DNA of 64,000 nt, taken from positions 31,347-95,346 of the forward strand of contig JBFMEW010000018.1 of NCBI GenBank assembly GCA_040753175.1. The letters are read 5' to 3'. A program made the position numbers and the translations under genes. Below the pieces are notes generated by a model, which saw only the letters and a program-made list of their open reading frames with translations, searched no databases and had not been told where the DNA came from. Origin of the DNA: Acidobacteriota bacterium (lineage in GTDB: Bacteria > Acidobacteriota > Terriglobia > Versatilivoradales > Versatilivoraceae). Below, piece after piece: positions 8,772 through 18,833 of the stretch (position 1 is its first letter; every line of letters begins with the position of its first letter).

Positions 8772-10820
8772 CTAATCCGTTCGCTCGCAGATAATATTGA
8801 TTAGATCGAAACCCAATCCGTTTGACTTCTCATTCCTTCCGACCAATTTGAACATCAGGTTGTTGGGGCCTCCGTCCAGTGTGAGAGTCCCAAAGTATTC
8901 AGCCGATACCCGCCGGCTCGGACTGTAGAGATCCACCTCAGGCGCAACCGGCGCTTCGTCCAGAAACAGTTGCACCTTCCCCTGTTCCGGACCTTTGAGG
9001 ACATCCAGAGCGATGCGGTAAGTTCCCGCCGAGGGCAGCTCGCAGATGAAAGAGATCAAGTGGGGCCCAAAAGCCTCCTGGTCCATTCCTCGCAGCGATA
9101 TGAAGCGGACTCGCTTCTCATCAGGTAAACGGATCTCTTGTTTCGTGAGCGTGGCCTTTTCCAGAGAAAAGGCGTGAATCGGAACATTCCAGCCCGCGGC
9201 GAAAACAATTCTGTTTGGATCGGACACGACCCGCTGTTCGGCCGGCGGCAATTGAAAGTCACAGGTAGGCCTCTGCCGTGAGTACAGGTAGGTGACTGCG
9301 GTGTAGTCAGTGAGAAGGTCGTTGTGGGTCGGAGCATGTTCGATTGTCTGCCGGAGGCTTTGGCCATAGGAGTAAGTGTCTCCGAGAAAGATCCGATAAC
9401 CGCCGGTGCGGCCGAGGTGCTTTTTGTAGGCCAGGCAACCGCTGAGCACAAAGGATCGACGCGTTTCCCAACGACCCGGCACGTCGTACCATCCCCCGTT
9501 GTAGAAGTCCTCCGAACCGGTTCCATGGATTACCAGTTCTCCGTCGATGGTGGTCTGGTCGTCACCTTCGAAGAAATACGTGTTTCCTGCCTGGAGTCCC
9601 TGGGCCTGATGCACCACTCCCACGAGATGTCCCTGCCCGCCCGTGTCAATGAAGGTGAACGGTTTGCCCTGGGTTGTCGGATTCTCGCGCCTCCAGAGGG
9701 CATAGAACTTGCCTTCATTTTCCTCCCGACCTCGTGGAGCAAAGACGATTTCTGCCTCGACCACCCGCCCTCTCTCGACGCCCGGCTCGGAGTAGAGCTC
9801 GAGGCGCGCTGACTTGTCGAAGGGCATGGGAAAATAGCAGTAGCTGACGTTGTTGGCAGTCCCCACCAGCAAGGACTGCATTGCCGGTTCACCCCAGGCA
9901 TATCCGAAAAAATCTCCGGCCGGCACCAGGATGGCCGGAGCGGCGTCTCCATCCCAATAAGCTCGGAGGATGACGTCGCGCATCTTCCCGGCCAAGACCG
10001 CAGCCGGCTTGATTCGAATTCCAACGATCCTGCCCGGTCGCTGAATCTCCCAGAGTTTGGTGACCTCTCCCGGATTCAGTGCCACTTTGGTTGAAATCAG
10101 TTCGCTCTTGACGCCATTGGGAATCACATAGCTGCTAATGTCCTTTCCTGCTGATCCGAAAAGCGACTTGGCTTTTTCGATGTGATTCCTCTGTTGGGGG
10201 CCGATTTCCTCAGAAAAGGTCTTGATGCCGGTTCCGAGTGGATAGGTTGCGTAGTTGATCTGATAGAACCTCATCCGGTTAGCCCGGATCAAGACCTTGC
10301 AGGATTTTTCGTACGTCAGCGGAACATAGCTGTAGAAACCACCCGCACCGAATCCCACCAAAGGCCGTTCGAAGACGGGATGAGTTCCGGTGAAGATCTC
10401 GCGAAACTTGACCTGTATTCTCGGTTGCGGTTCCCCATCGAAGAAGAACTCCATCAGATCGTCGGTGGGTGTCGGAGTCCAGATCCGATAAATCACACCG
10501 GGGCCCTGCAGGTCCGCCAGCACAAGGCCGTTCTCTTCCTTCCGAACGAAAGAGTACTCCCCGCCAAAGCCATCGTTGTTGCCGCCTGTCCGATCATAGC
10601 TCGAAACAGAAGCGACCTTGAGCGATCCCTTAAACTCGGCCAGGCGATCCAGGCGGTACAGTTCCTCAATCCCGGGGGTCAAATGTCGATCGACAGCCTG
10701 CAATGGGCAGACCAACCAACCCGCAACGAGCAGCCAAAGTAGAGCATGATTGAAGCGCATTAACCCGAACCCACTGTGGATCCTCATTCCCTTTTTGCCT
10801 CTCTCATTAGTAGTCATCAC
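8772..10820 (-). CDS. DUF2961 / glycoside hydrolase family 172-like secreted protein (start may be 10787 or later)
   Basis: SSYDRTGGNNDG, GPGVIYRIW (duplicated domain), FFEGDD and HGTGSEDFYNGGW motifs, plus a signal peptide. Confidence 0.85.
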   Translation of the reverse strand: MMTTNERGKKGMRIHSGFGLMRFNHALLWLLVAGWLVCPLQAVDRHLTPGIEELYRLDRLAEFKGSLKVASVSSYDRTGGNNDGFGGEYSFVRKEENGLVLADLQGPGVIYRIWTPTPTDDLMEFFFDGEPQPRIQVKFREIFTGTHPVFERPLVGFGAGGFYSYVPLTYEKSCKVLIRANRMRFYQINYATYPLGTGIKTFSEEIGPQQRNHIEKAKSLFGSAGKDISSYVIPNGVKSELISTKVALNPGEVTKLWEIQRPGRIVGIRIKPAAVLAGKMRDVILRAYWDGDAAPAILVPAGDFFGYAWGEPAMQSLLVGTANNVSYCYFPMPFDKSARLELYSEPGVERGRVVEAEIVFAPRGREENEGKFYALWRRENPTTQGKPFTFIDTGGQGHLVGVVHQAQGLQAGNTYFFEGDDQTTIDGELVIHGTGSEDFYNGGWYDVPGRWETRRSFVLSGCLAYKKHLGRTGGYRIFLGDTYSYGQSLRQTIEHAPTHNDLLTDYTAVTYLYSRQRPTCDFQLPPAEQRVVSDPNRIVFAAGWNVPIHAFSLEKATLTKQEIRLPDEKRVRFISLRGMDQEAFGPHLISFICELPSAGTYRIALDVLKGPEQGKVQLFLDEAPVAPEVDLYSPSRRVSAEYFGTLTLDGGPNNLMFKLVGRNEKSNGLGFDLINIICERTD

Positions 10821-11027
10821 TGCTGGACAGGGTTTTTCTCAGAGTCTCGAACGCAGCCCGAGGTCGGATGAATCTTACTCCAATTCGCCGCTTCCTCCAG
10901 TTCCTTTACCGGCGATCAGGCGATGCCGAGTGTGCTTGGCTGATCGGTTTCAACCTCCTGAGAACCAGAGGTTCGGCAAGGCGGTCCGGGCGGAGGGCCC
11001 GCCCCTTGCGTGTTATAATGGCGAGCT

Positions 11028-12233
11028 GTGAAGCTTCCGGCAACCTTGTGCTACGGGCTGGTTTGTCTTTTCATGTTGCAGCCAGGTCATGTCCTGGCGA
11101 TGAAGAGCCCCCAACAGGCTGCGCGAGACCTCGCCCTCAGGCTAGCTGAGACTCTCAACCCCCAAAAGACCCTGTCATTGAAGTTCGACATTCGACCGGG
11201 ATTGTCTGCCGGTCACGTTGCGGAAATGCGTGCGTGGGTGGAATCCGCTCTGGGACAGCAGGGCATTCAGGTCGTTCCTGCTTCCCCTGCCGCCCAGGAC
11301 GTGAGAATAACCGTGTCCAGCTCCTTTCAGAAGCTTTTCCTCTCAGCCCAGTTCTCACAAGGCAGTCAGGATCGGGTTTTGATGGAGAGCTTTGGTGGGT
11401 GGTCAAGTGCGTTGCGTTCCTCCCCATTGCGCCGGTTGCGCCAGGAACTTTTGTGGACACAGAGCGGAGCTATCCTGGATGTTCTTCAGACAGAAACGCA
11501 ACTTGTTGTTCTCGAGCCGCGCCGTGTCGTGAGCTATGCAGCAGCTCAGCAGGGCTGGGTCTTGGAGGGATCCGTGGAGATATCATCGCCCCGCCCCTTG
11601 CCTCGTGACCCGAGAGGGCGACTGAAGTCGACAGCCAACGGGATCGAGGCTTACCTGCCGGATCTCACCTGTCGAGGGACACTGAAGCCCGCCGTCGAGT
11701 TGTCGTGTCAAGCGGGCGAGGGGAAGTGGCCTTTGCAGGTGGGCACAGAGCCGATGATGGCAGCTCGGCTCGTTTCTGGCCGGAACTTCTTCGACGGCAC
11801 CGTCCAACAAGGGGGTAAGGAGCACTCCATCGATCCATTCTTCTTCCTGGACGTGGCTCGACCGGAGGAGCAGGGGATCTGGTTCGTCTCGCGTCTCGAC
11901 GGCGGTGTGACGATTTCCGATGGACCTCCCGTCGCGGGTATCAAGAGCGTTATCCACGACTGGGGAAGCGACTTGGCAGTCTTGCGGCTCGATTGTGGCG
12001 GTGAATGGTATGTGCTGGCGAGCGGAGCTGCGGGCAACGACGAGCCGGATTCAATCCGGGCGTTCCTCGTGTCGGAAGGTGCTGCTACTCCCGCCAGCGA
12101 GTCTTGGTCGGTGCCCGGATCGATCAGGGTTCTTCGAGCCCTCGATGGCCGCCAAGCGGCTCTCCTGGTGGCACACAGTGCGACCACCGGCGCATTTGCC
12201 GCCTACCGGCTCTCGATCTTGTGTGACCAATGA
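11028..12233 (+). CDS. Hypothetical secreted protein
   Basis: 401-aa ORF with a signal peptide, a TG-TATAAT extended -10-like element just upstream, and an ATGA overlap with the next gene. Confidence 0.75.
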   Translation: MKLPATLCYGLVCLFMLQPGHVLAMKSPQQAARDLALRLAETLNPQKTLSLKFDIRPGLSAGHVAEMRAWVESALGQQGIQVVPASPAAQDVRITVSSSFQKLFLSAQFSQGSQDRVLMESFGGWSSALRSSPLRRLRQELLWTQSGAILDVLQTETQLVVLEPRRVVSYAAAQQGWVLEGSVEISSPRPLPRDPRGRLKSTANGIEAYLPDLTCRGTLKPAVELSCQAGEGKWPLQVGTEPMMAARLVSGRNFFDGTVQQGGKEHSIDPFFFLDVARPEEQGIWFVSRLDGGVTISDGPPVAGIKSVIHDWGSDLAVLRLDCGGEWYVLASGAAGNDEPDSIRAFLVSEGAATPASESWSVPGSIRVLRALDGRQAALLVAHSATTGAFAAYRLSILCDQ

Positions 12234-13669
12234 CCCTTCGAACTAGAGTTGGTCTTCTGATCACTCGCCGGATCTGTGTTGCTCTGCTCTTGCTTGCAGG
12301 CCTGACCGGCACGGCGCAGACTGCTCGCCGGCCGCGCTACGGGGGGATACTGCGCCTTCAGACCGAAGTATCGCTTCTTGGCCTGTATCCTGCACAATGG
12401 CGGCCTTCTTCCGCTGAAGGCTCCATCCAGGAAAAGATCTTCCCTCTGGTCTTTGAGGGATTGACTCGCTTTGACGGGCGGGGAAGAATCGCGCCCTGCT
12501 TGGCAACCTCGTGGAAACGGGCGGCCGATCAAAACGTTTGGGAATTCGCCCTTCGTCAGGATGTGCGATTCCACGATGGCACTCGTTTGACTGTGGGGCT
12601 GGCGGCAGCCGCCTTGGGCAGCGTGTACCGCAGGGGTAAGGTTGAGGCGGTGGGCGAGAAAATCGTAGTCCGCACATTGGAAGGGATTGCCACGCTGCCC
12701 GAGGAGCTGGCGCTGCCTGGGTACGGGATTACATACAGAGACCCCGGGGGTGCTCTCCTTGGTACCGGCCCCTTTCAGGTGAACAGCTGGACTCCCGGAA
12801 GAGAGCTCCAACTGGGTGCCTTTGAAGAGCACTGGGAAGGACGGCCTTTCCTGGATGGGGTGCAACTCCTGATGGGGCGCTCGCCACGCGAACAGAGAAT
12901 TGATCTGGAGCTGGGCAAGGCCGACGTCGTCGAAGCCAAAGAAAGCACACTTCACCGGGAGAGCCCCAGGCCTTGGACTCTTTGTTCTTCGGCGTCCGTT
13001 GAACTTCTGGCCCTAATCTTCGATCGCGATGCCGCCGGTGGGCGGCAGCGCTCCCTCCGTGAGGCTCTGGCGCTTTCGATCGGGCGCACTGAGATCCAAA
13101 GAGTATTGCTTCGAGGCGAAGGACAGCCGGCCGGCAGCCTGTTGCCAGAGTGGCTCAGCGGATATGCGTTCCTCTTCAACTCAGATCGTGATGCCGCACG
13201 AGCGAGACAGCTGGTGGCGGGGGCGTCCCAGGTGTCGACGCTGTCTTTGGCCTATGACTCGTCGGATGCTCTGGCCCGAATCGTAGCTGAACGTGTGGCC
13301 GTGGATGCCCGCCAGGCCGGCTTGCTGATACGTCCCGTGGCGCCAGCGCCCTCCGGTCCTACGCCCGAAATTCGGATGGTCCGCCTGAGAATCAGCGCCC
13401 CACTACCGGAACTGGCCATTGCCCGGCTTGCCGAGGTACTAGACCGGCCCATCCAGGATTCGGTCGACCCGGAACGGCCGGAATCGCTCTACCAGGCTGA
13501 GAGTGCCCTGTTGGAGGGATACTGGGTCATTCCCTTGATTCACCTGCCGGAGATTCACGCAGTTGGAAACCGGGTGGCGAATTGGCCTGGTGAGGGAACC
13601 GTCCCCCTCTTTGGCTGGAAACTGGCCACAGTTTGGCTGACACAGCCCCGCCCAGGGCCTGCACAGTAG
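12230..13669 (+). CDS. Family 5 (OppA/DppA/SgrR-like) solute-binding protein
   Basis: PRYGGILR, VFEGLTRFD...PCLATSW...WEFALRQDVRFHDG and GTGPFQV motifs. Confidence 0.88.
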   Translation: MTLRTRVGLLITRRICVALLLLAGLTGTAQTARRPRYGGILRLQTEVSLLGLYPAQWRPSSAEGSIQEKIFPLVFEGLTRFDGRGRIAPCLATSWKRAADQNVWEFALRQDVRFHDGTRLTVGLAAAALGSVYRRGKVEAVGEKIVVRTLEGIATLPEELALPGYGITYRDPGGALLGTGPFQVNSWTPGRELQLGAFEEHWEGRPFLDGVQLLMGRSPREQRIDLELGKADVVEAKESTLHRESPRPWTLCSSASVELLALIFDRDAAGGRQRSLREALALSIGRTEIQRVLLRGEGQPAGSLLPEWLSGYAFLFNSDRDAARARQLVAGASQVSTLSLAYDSSDALARIVAERVAVDARQAGLLIRPVAPAPSGPTPEIRMVRLRISAPLPELAIARLAEVLDRPIQDSVDPERPESLYQAESALLEGYWVIPLIHLPEIHAVGNRVANWPGEGTVPLFGWKLATVWLTQPRPGPAQ

Positions 13670-13677
13670 GAGCCCCT

Positions 13678-15504
13678 GTGAGTTTCAGAACGAAGCTGTT
13701 CCTGGTTTTTGGATTGGCAGTGGCCGGAACCGTATCCCTGGTCACTTGGGCCGTTTCAGAATCCACACGGCGGGCCTTCGAACAAATCGACGAACACCGC
13801 ACCCAAGCCTTCCTGGCTCAATTTCGAAGAGAGTTTGCGCTGAGAGAGGAGCAGGTTGCTGCCACGGTCCAGAGAATCGCGGAAAGCGAAGCCTTGCTCC
13901 GTGTGGCCATCGATCTTTCTCGATCCGAATCCGACCGCTCCAGTCATGTTTATGAGGCTGAGCGCTTGGCACCCCTTCATTCCTTGGATCTCCTGGAATT
14001 TACGATGGAGGACGGAACAATTCTCTCCTCAGCGCAGTGGCCGGCTCGATTCGGATACCGTAGCGAGAAAGCAGCATTGCGAGCGGGTCCACCCAGCCGA
14101 AGGGCTTTCCTGGATCTGCAGGAATTGCCGGATCGGGAGGTCCTGGGATTGGTGGCCGTCCAGGAAGTTAAGGCGGGCGACCACACGCTCATGGTGACTG
14201 GAGGGCTGAGACTGGACCAAGCTTTTCTTTCAACTCTGGCCCTCCCTGCAGGGATGAGAGCCCTTCTTTATTCCAATCTACAGCCGGATTTCAATTCTGC
14301 TGCCCTGATAGGCGTTAACGGGCCGGTTGAAAGAGGGGATCGACTGGCACCGCTCATTGGAGAGGTCCAGGAAGAGGGCAGCGAGGTCACCAGGACTTTG
14401 GTTTGGACGGAAGATCCAGCGAGCGCCGAAGTTCTCCATGCGATTCCTCTGGCAGGCAGCGAAGGGCGACTGCTGGCCATTCTTCTGGTAGGAAGTTCGC
14501 AAGAAAGCCTGGTGCGCCTGAGAGCCTTCATCCGTCGTGTTGGAATCGGAACTGCCGCTGCCGGAGTTCTGCTTGGATTGCTCTTGGCGTGGTGGTTCAC
14601 GGCCCGCGTTACGCGGCCGGTCAGGCAGTTGGTGACGGGAGCCCGGGAGGTTTCCGGTGGCAACTGGAATGCCCGCGTCGACATCTACAGCCGGGATGAA
14701 GTCGGAACACTGGCGAGCGCTTTCAACCAAATGACCAGCCAGCTGTCGGAACAGCGAGAAAGACTGGTTCAAGCCGAGCGGGTAGCGGCCTGGCGGGAAC
14801 TGGCTCGCAGGCTGGCGCACGAGCTGAAGAATCCGCTGTTTCCTCTGCAGATCACGGTGGAGAACCTGCAGCGCGCCCGCGAGCGTCATCCCGACCAGTT
14901 TGACGAGGTCTTCAGAGAGGGTACCGCCACGCTGCTGGCAGAACTGTCGAATCTTAGAAGCATCGTGGCCCGTTTTGGCGACTTTGCCAAAATGCCGCAG
15001 CCCCGCTTTGAAAAGACCGATGTCAACGCGATCGTGCGCCGGGTAGTTCGACTCTTCGAGGCTCAGCTAGCCGAGCCAAACCGGTCCAAAATCGCGGTGC
15101 AGGTGACGCTGGACGAGGCAGTCCGGAGCATCCAAGCCGACTCCGAGCAGCTTCAGCAGGCGCTGCAGAATCTGGTGTTGAACGGTTTGGATGCCATGCC
15201 GCAAGGGGGCGTCCTGCACTTGCTCACCCAACAGCAGGAACACGGAATCCGAATCGAGGTCTCCGATTCGGGCACCGGCCTCACTGACGAGGAAAAGAAA
15301 AGACTCTTTACTCCCTATTACACGACCAAGCGACACGGAACCGGGCTCGGGCTGGCCATCGTTCAATCGGTTGTGAGCGATCACCGTGGACGAATTTCGG
15401 TGGTTAGTAAAGTGGGCCAGGGCAGCCGGATTGTCATCGACCTTCCCCAGCACCAATCTGAATCGGCAATCGCAGATGCCCTGGGCGGCGATGATGGCCG
15501 GTAG
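13678..15504 (+). CDS. HAMP-domain sensor histidine kinase (NtrY-like)
   Basis: Two TMs and a HAMP domain (DEVGTLASAFNQM). H-box AWRELARRLAHELKNPL, N-box NLVLNGLDA, G boxes DSGTG and GTGLGL. Confidence 0.93.
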   Translation: MSFRTKLFLVFGLAVAGTVSLVTWAVSESTRRAFEQIDEHRTQAFLAQFRREFALREEQVAATVQRIAESEALLRVAIDLSRSESDRSSHVYEAERLAPLHSLDLLEFTMEDGTILSSAQWPARFGYRSEKAALRAGPPSRRAFLDLQELPDREVLGLVAVQEVKAGDHTLMVTGGLRLDQAFLSTLALPAGMRALLYSNLQPDFNSAALIGVNGPVERGDRLAPLIGEVQEEGSEVTRTLVWTEDPASAEVLHAIPLAGSEGRLLAILLVGSSQESLVRLRAFIRRVGIGTAAAGVLLGLLLAWWFTARVTRPVRQLVTGAREVSGGNWNARVDIYSRDEVGTLASAFNQMTSQLSEQRERLVQAERVAAWRELARRLAHELKNPLFPLQITVENLQRARERHPDQFDEVFREGTATLLAELSNLRSIVARFGDFAKMPQPRFEKTDVNAIVRRVVRLFEAQLAEPNRSKIAVQVTLDEAVRSIQADSEQLQQALQNLVLNGLDAMPQGGVLHLLTQQQEHGIRIEVSDSGTGLTDEEKKRLFTPYYTTKRHGTGLGLAIVQSVVSDHRGRISVVSKVGQGSRIVIDLPQHQSESAIADALGGDDGR

Positions 15505-15612
15505 CCACAGGCTGCAGGCGCAGTGTGTCGGGCCTTGGCGCTACCCACTAGGCTCTGGAAATCCGGCTACCCTCTCGGCGCGCCCCTCCCGGTGGTGCAT
15601 ATTTCCAGAATC

Positions 15613-16295
15613 TCAACGATGACGGCTTCGCGGGTTCTTCAGTCCTGTTCTCAGCTTGTTATTCACCTCTCGCTTGACAAGAGCCGCGAGGCCTTGTTGA
15701 TGCTTGCGCAGGAAATCCCGTGCAGCGCCCGCGTCGTGCGCAGTAAGTTGGCGCAACGCCCACGACAGGCCTTTGACGACCATCTCGTCCTGGTCCTTTG
15801 CCAGTACGCGGCACACGCGAAGAGTTCGTGGCGTGTCTCCCGTTCCTCCGCTGGCCTTTGAATTCAGGGCCACTGTGCTGACCAAGGCTGCGCGCCGCCA
15901 CCACCGATCCTCTGAGCGGGCCCACTTCAGAATGACCTGATCGGAGACCTGTCCTTGCAGCCAGGCGGGTCCTGAGAGAATGCGCGCGAAAGCGTCCACG
16001 GTCCACCAGCTGTTGATACCCTGTCCCAACTCCTCCAGCGTAACCTTGTCGAGGCATTTGAACGCCGCCGGGTGATAGCGTATCAGCTCGTAGGCCAGCC
16101 ACCGATGCTCGTCCTCCTACAGAGTCTTCTGGCTGTCTCCAAGACCAGGTCAGGGCAGGCTTTTCGGACTGCCCGTGAATACTTGCAGCGAACGGCCCGC
16201 ATGCTGGGCGCATCAGGGGCGGCGAGGGCTTCTATCTCGGCAATGATGGCTGCCGCAATCTGCTTCGCATCATGCTGGACGGCTCTTGGTGCCAT
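15613..16295 (-). pseudogene. DNA alkylation repair (AlkD-like HEAT-repeat) protein, frameshifted
   Basis: The 5' part (MAPRAVQ...ETARRLC) and the 3' part (EHRWLAYELIRYHP...NSWWTVDAF...WARSEDRWWRRAALV...VVKGLSWALR) lie in different frames. The switch falls at about 16105-16125. Confidence 0.75.
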
Positions 16296-16411
16296 GGTCA
16301 GACTCGCTTGCGCTGATCCAATTCTGGAGTGCAAAGCGATTGGGTTGCTTCTGATGAAAGAGGTGCCGATCTTTAGACCGTTGTCAGGTGCCAGCCGGTC
16401 CACGGCGATTC

Positions 16412-16816
16412 TCACTGCTCCGCCGGCCATTGAAGGCAGAGGTTGTAACCGTCCGGATCATTGAACGACAATTGTCTCATCCCATAGTTTCGAATGATGG
16501 GTCTGCCTACCTCGAGACCGTGGGTTCGAAGATGGGTATAGGCCGCGTCCAGGTTCCGGCAAGCGAAGAATAAAGAGGTATCACCGTGCGCCTTGACGCG
16601 AGCGGGATCTGGTGCCGCCGGCCGATGGTGCTTTTCATACAGAGTGTTGAGCATCAGCTCCGCGTTGCCCAGCCGCAGCCAACACCAATCACAGTCGTCC
16701 CCAGGTGCCGAGCTGCTGACCTTCTCAAACCCCAGCACATCCCGATAGAACGTGATGGAGGTCGGCATGTCGAAAACCTCAAGCAAAGTGCAGACGCTTT
16801 CCACTTCGATGCCCAT
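16412..16816 (-). CDS. VOC / glyoxalase / bleomycin-resistance family protein
   Basis: SITFYRDVLGF and YGMRQLSFNDPDGYNL motifs. Confidence 0.9.
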   Translation of the reverse strand: MGIEVESVCTLLEVFDMPTSITFYRDVLGFEKVSSSAPGDDCDWCWLRLGNAELMLNTLYEKHHRPAAPDPARVKAHGDTSLFFACRNLDAAYTHLRTHGLEVGRPIIRNYGMRQLSFNDPDGYNLCLQWPAEQ

Positions 16817-17411
16817 ATGAGAACTCCAGGTTTATTGTTGGGTTGATAGCTTTCAAGACGGTTTGCTGGACGGCAGTCAATTCGATGGAGGTTCGGGTCT
16901 CCAAGACTGCTGCACTTCAGAGATCTCTTCTTTTCGATCCGGATGTCCAAGCGCGCGGTGACCATTGTCGGTTCGAATCCAGGGAGCTTGTGCTATCGTT
17001 TAGTGAAATTGCTGGCATCGTCTTTACTTTAGCATTGCTTTCCAGGCAGGTGATCTTGAATAGGATTCTTACGCTGGAATTCGTTTCTGGGGATTATCCC
17101 ACTCGTTAAGGGTTTGTCACAATCCTCGGAGTAATACCTTTTTGCCATTCCCGGTGGGCCTGAGATAGTTCCTGTTTGCCTGGGTGAGGCCGGTGGTGAT
17201 CTGGTTGAACTGGTCCTCGGGTCTCGAAAGCATTGCCCACTTGTGAAGGCATCTCTTCTCTCCTCGCTCATTCGTCAATCGGTGGACGTGCTCAGGCAGG
17301 CACCGATCACACCACCTTGGGTTGATCATTTCGATATTTGTAAGGGGAGAGTTGCCTTGCTGCAGGGCAAAGTGGTTAGATTGGGAGGAATTCTTCGGAC
17401 TCGGATAAATC

Positions 17412-18791
17412 ATGGAACACAAACCACCACGCGCCCGATTGCTGATCGTGGATGACGAGCCCAACACACTGGGCTCCCTGGCCCGTGCCTTTCGCATGGA
17501 AGGCTATGAGGCAGCGGTTTGCGACCGTGCCGAACGGGTGCCCGAACTGATCAAGGCCAACCGCTTTGACCTGATCCTGTCCGATGTGGTCATGCCCGAC
17601 AAGGACGGCTTGGCTCTGCTGAAGGAGCTGAATGAACTGGGGGCTGCGATTCCGGTGGTCATGATGTCCGGCCAGGCGAGTCTGGAAATGGCTGTCCGAG
17701 CCACCCGGTTAGGGGCTGTGGACTTTCTGGAAAAACCGATTTCCACCGAAAAGCTGCTACTTACCGTCGAGAATGCATTGCGTTTGGCCCGCCTTGAAAA
17801 AGAGAATCAGCAACTGAGAGAAAGGGTGGGGAAACATGAGATGGTCTGGGCCAGCGCGGAGATGAAACAGTTGATGGCCCAGGTTGAACGGGTTGCCGCC
17901 AGCGAATCGAGAGTCTGCATTCTGGGGGAAACAGGAACAGGGAAGGAGTTGATTGCGCGAACCATCCACGAAAAAAGCCCCCGTCGGGCCGAGCCTTTTG
18001 TGACGCTCAATTGTGCTGCAGTTCCCGGAGAGTTGATTGAGTCGGAGCTGTTCGGGCATGAAAAGGGTGCCTTCACCGGGGCCGGCGCCCGGCACGTGGG
18101 GAAGTTTGAGCAAGCCCAGGGTGGGACGTTGTTCCTGGATGAGATCGGCGACATGCCGCTGATCATGCAGGGTAAACTGCTACGCGTTCTCGAAGAAGGC
18201 GAGGTTGAGCGGATCGGAGCAGAGCGACCTCTGCGGGTGGATGTTCGCGTGGTGGTGGCCACCCACCGCGATCTGGAGGCGCTTGTTTCCCGAGGACAAT
18301 TTCGAGAAGACCTGTTTCATCGCATCTTCGTTTTTCCTCTGAGGCTGCCCCCCTTGCGCGAACGCCTGGAAGACATTCCAGTACTGGTGAACCATTTTTC
18401 CGGCCAGGTCTGCCGCTTGAACGGGTGGAAGCCGAAAGCCTTCTCGGAGGATGCGCTGGAAGAAATGAAGCACTATCCCTGGAGCGGCAACGTCCGGGAA
18501 CTCCGCAATGCGGTGGAACGACTCCTGCTGCTCTCAGCGGACTCGGTTGACGTGGAAACGGTCCGGAGCGTCCTCCTTCCCAAATCGATGGCCGGCGGCC
18601 GAGTCGTCGGCTCCGGGACCCTGGCCGAACGAGTGGCCGGCTTCGAGCGAAAGACGCTTGAAGAGGAACTGAGACGTCATGGTTTCCGGATGACGGAAAC
18701 GGCCAAAGCGCTCGGTTTGGAACGCAGTCATCTCTACAAGAAATGCCAGCAGCTGAGAATCGATGTCCAGTCCGCGCGCCGGGAGCAGTAG
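17412..18791 (+). CDS. Sigma-54-dependent response regulator (NtrC/NtrX family)
   Basis: REC domain (IVDDE, SDVVMP), Walker A GETGTGKE, ESELFGHEKGAFTGA and a C-terminal Fis HTH. Confidence 0.95.
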   Translation: MEHKPPRARLLIVDDEPNTLGSLARAFRMEGYEAAVCDRAERVPELIKANRFDLILSDVVMPDKDGLALLKELNELGAAIPVVMMSGQASLEMAVRATRLGAVDFLEKPISTEKLLLTVENALRLARLEKENQQLRERVGKHEMVWASAEMKQLMAQVERVAASESRVCILGETGTGKELIARTIHEKSPRRAEPFVTLNCAAVPGELIESELFGHEKGAFTGAGARHVGKFEQAQGGTLFLDEIGDMPLIMQGKLLRVLEEGEVERIGAERPLRVDVRVVVATHRDLEALVSRGQFREDLFHRIFVFPLRLPPLRERLEDIPVLVNHFSGQVCRLNGWKPKAFSEDALEEMKHYPWSGNVRELRNAVERLLLLSADSVDVETVRSVLLPKSMAGGRVVGSGTLAERVAGFERKTLEEELRRHGFRMTETAKALGLERSHLYKKCQQLRIDVQSARREQ

Positions 18792-18833
18792 CCTTCTCGA
18801 CGTGCAAGGTACACTGGACGACTGCGGCAGGTG

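Noticed and set aside
17106-17252. 48-aa minus-strand ORF (MPSQVGNAFETRG...) with a GAGGAG upstream
   Set aside because: No recognisable features or context. Possible but unsupported.
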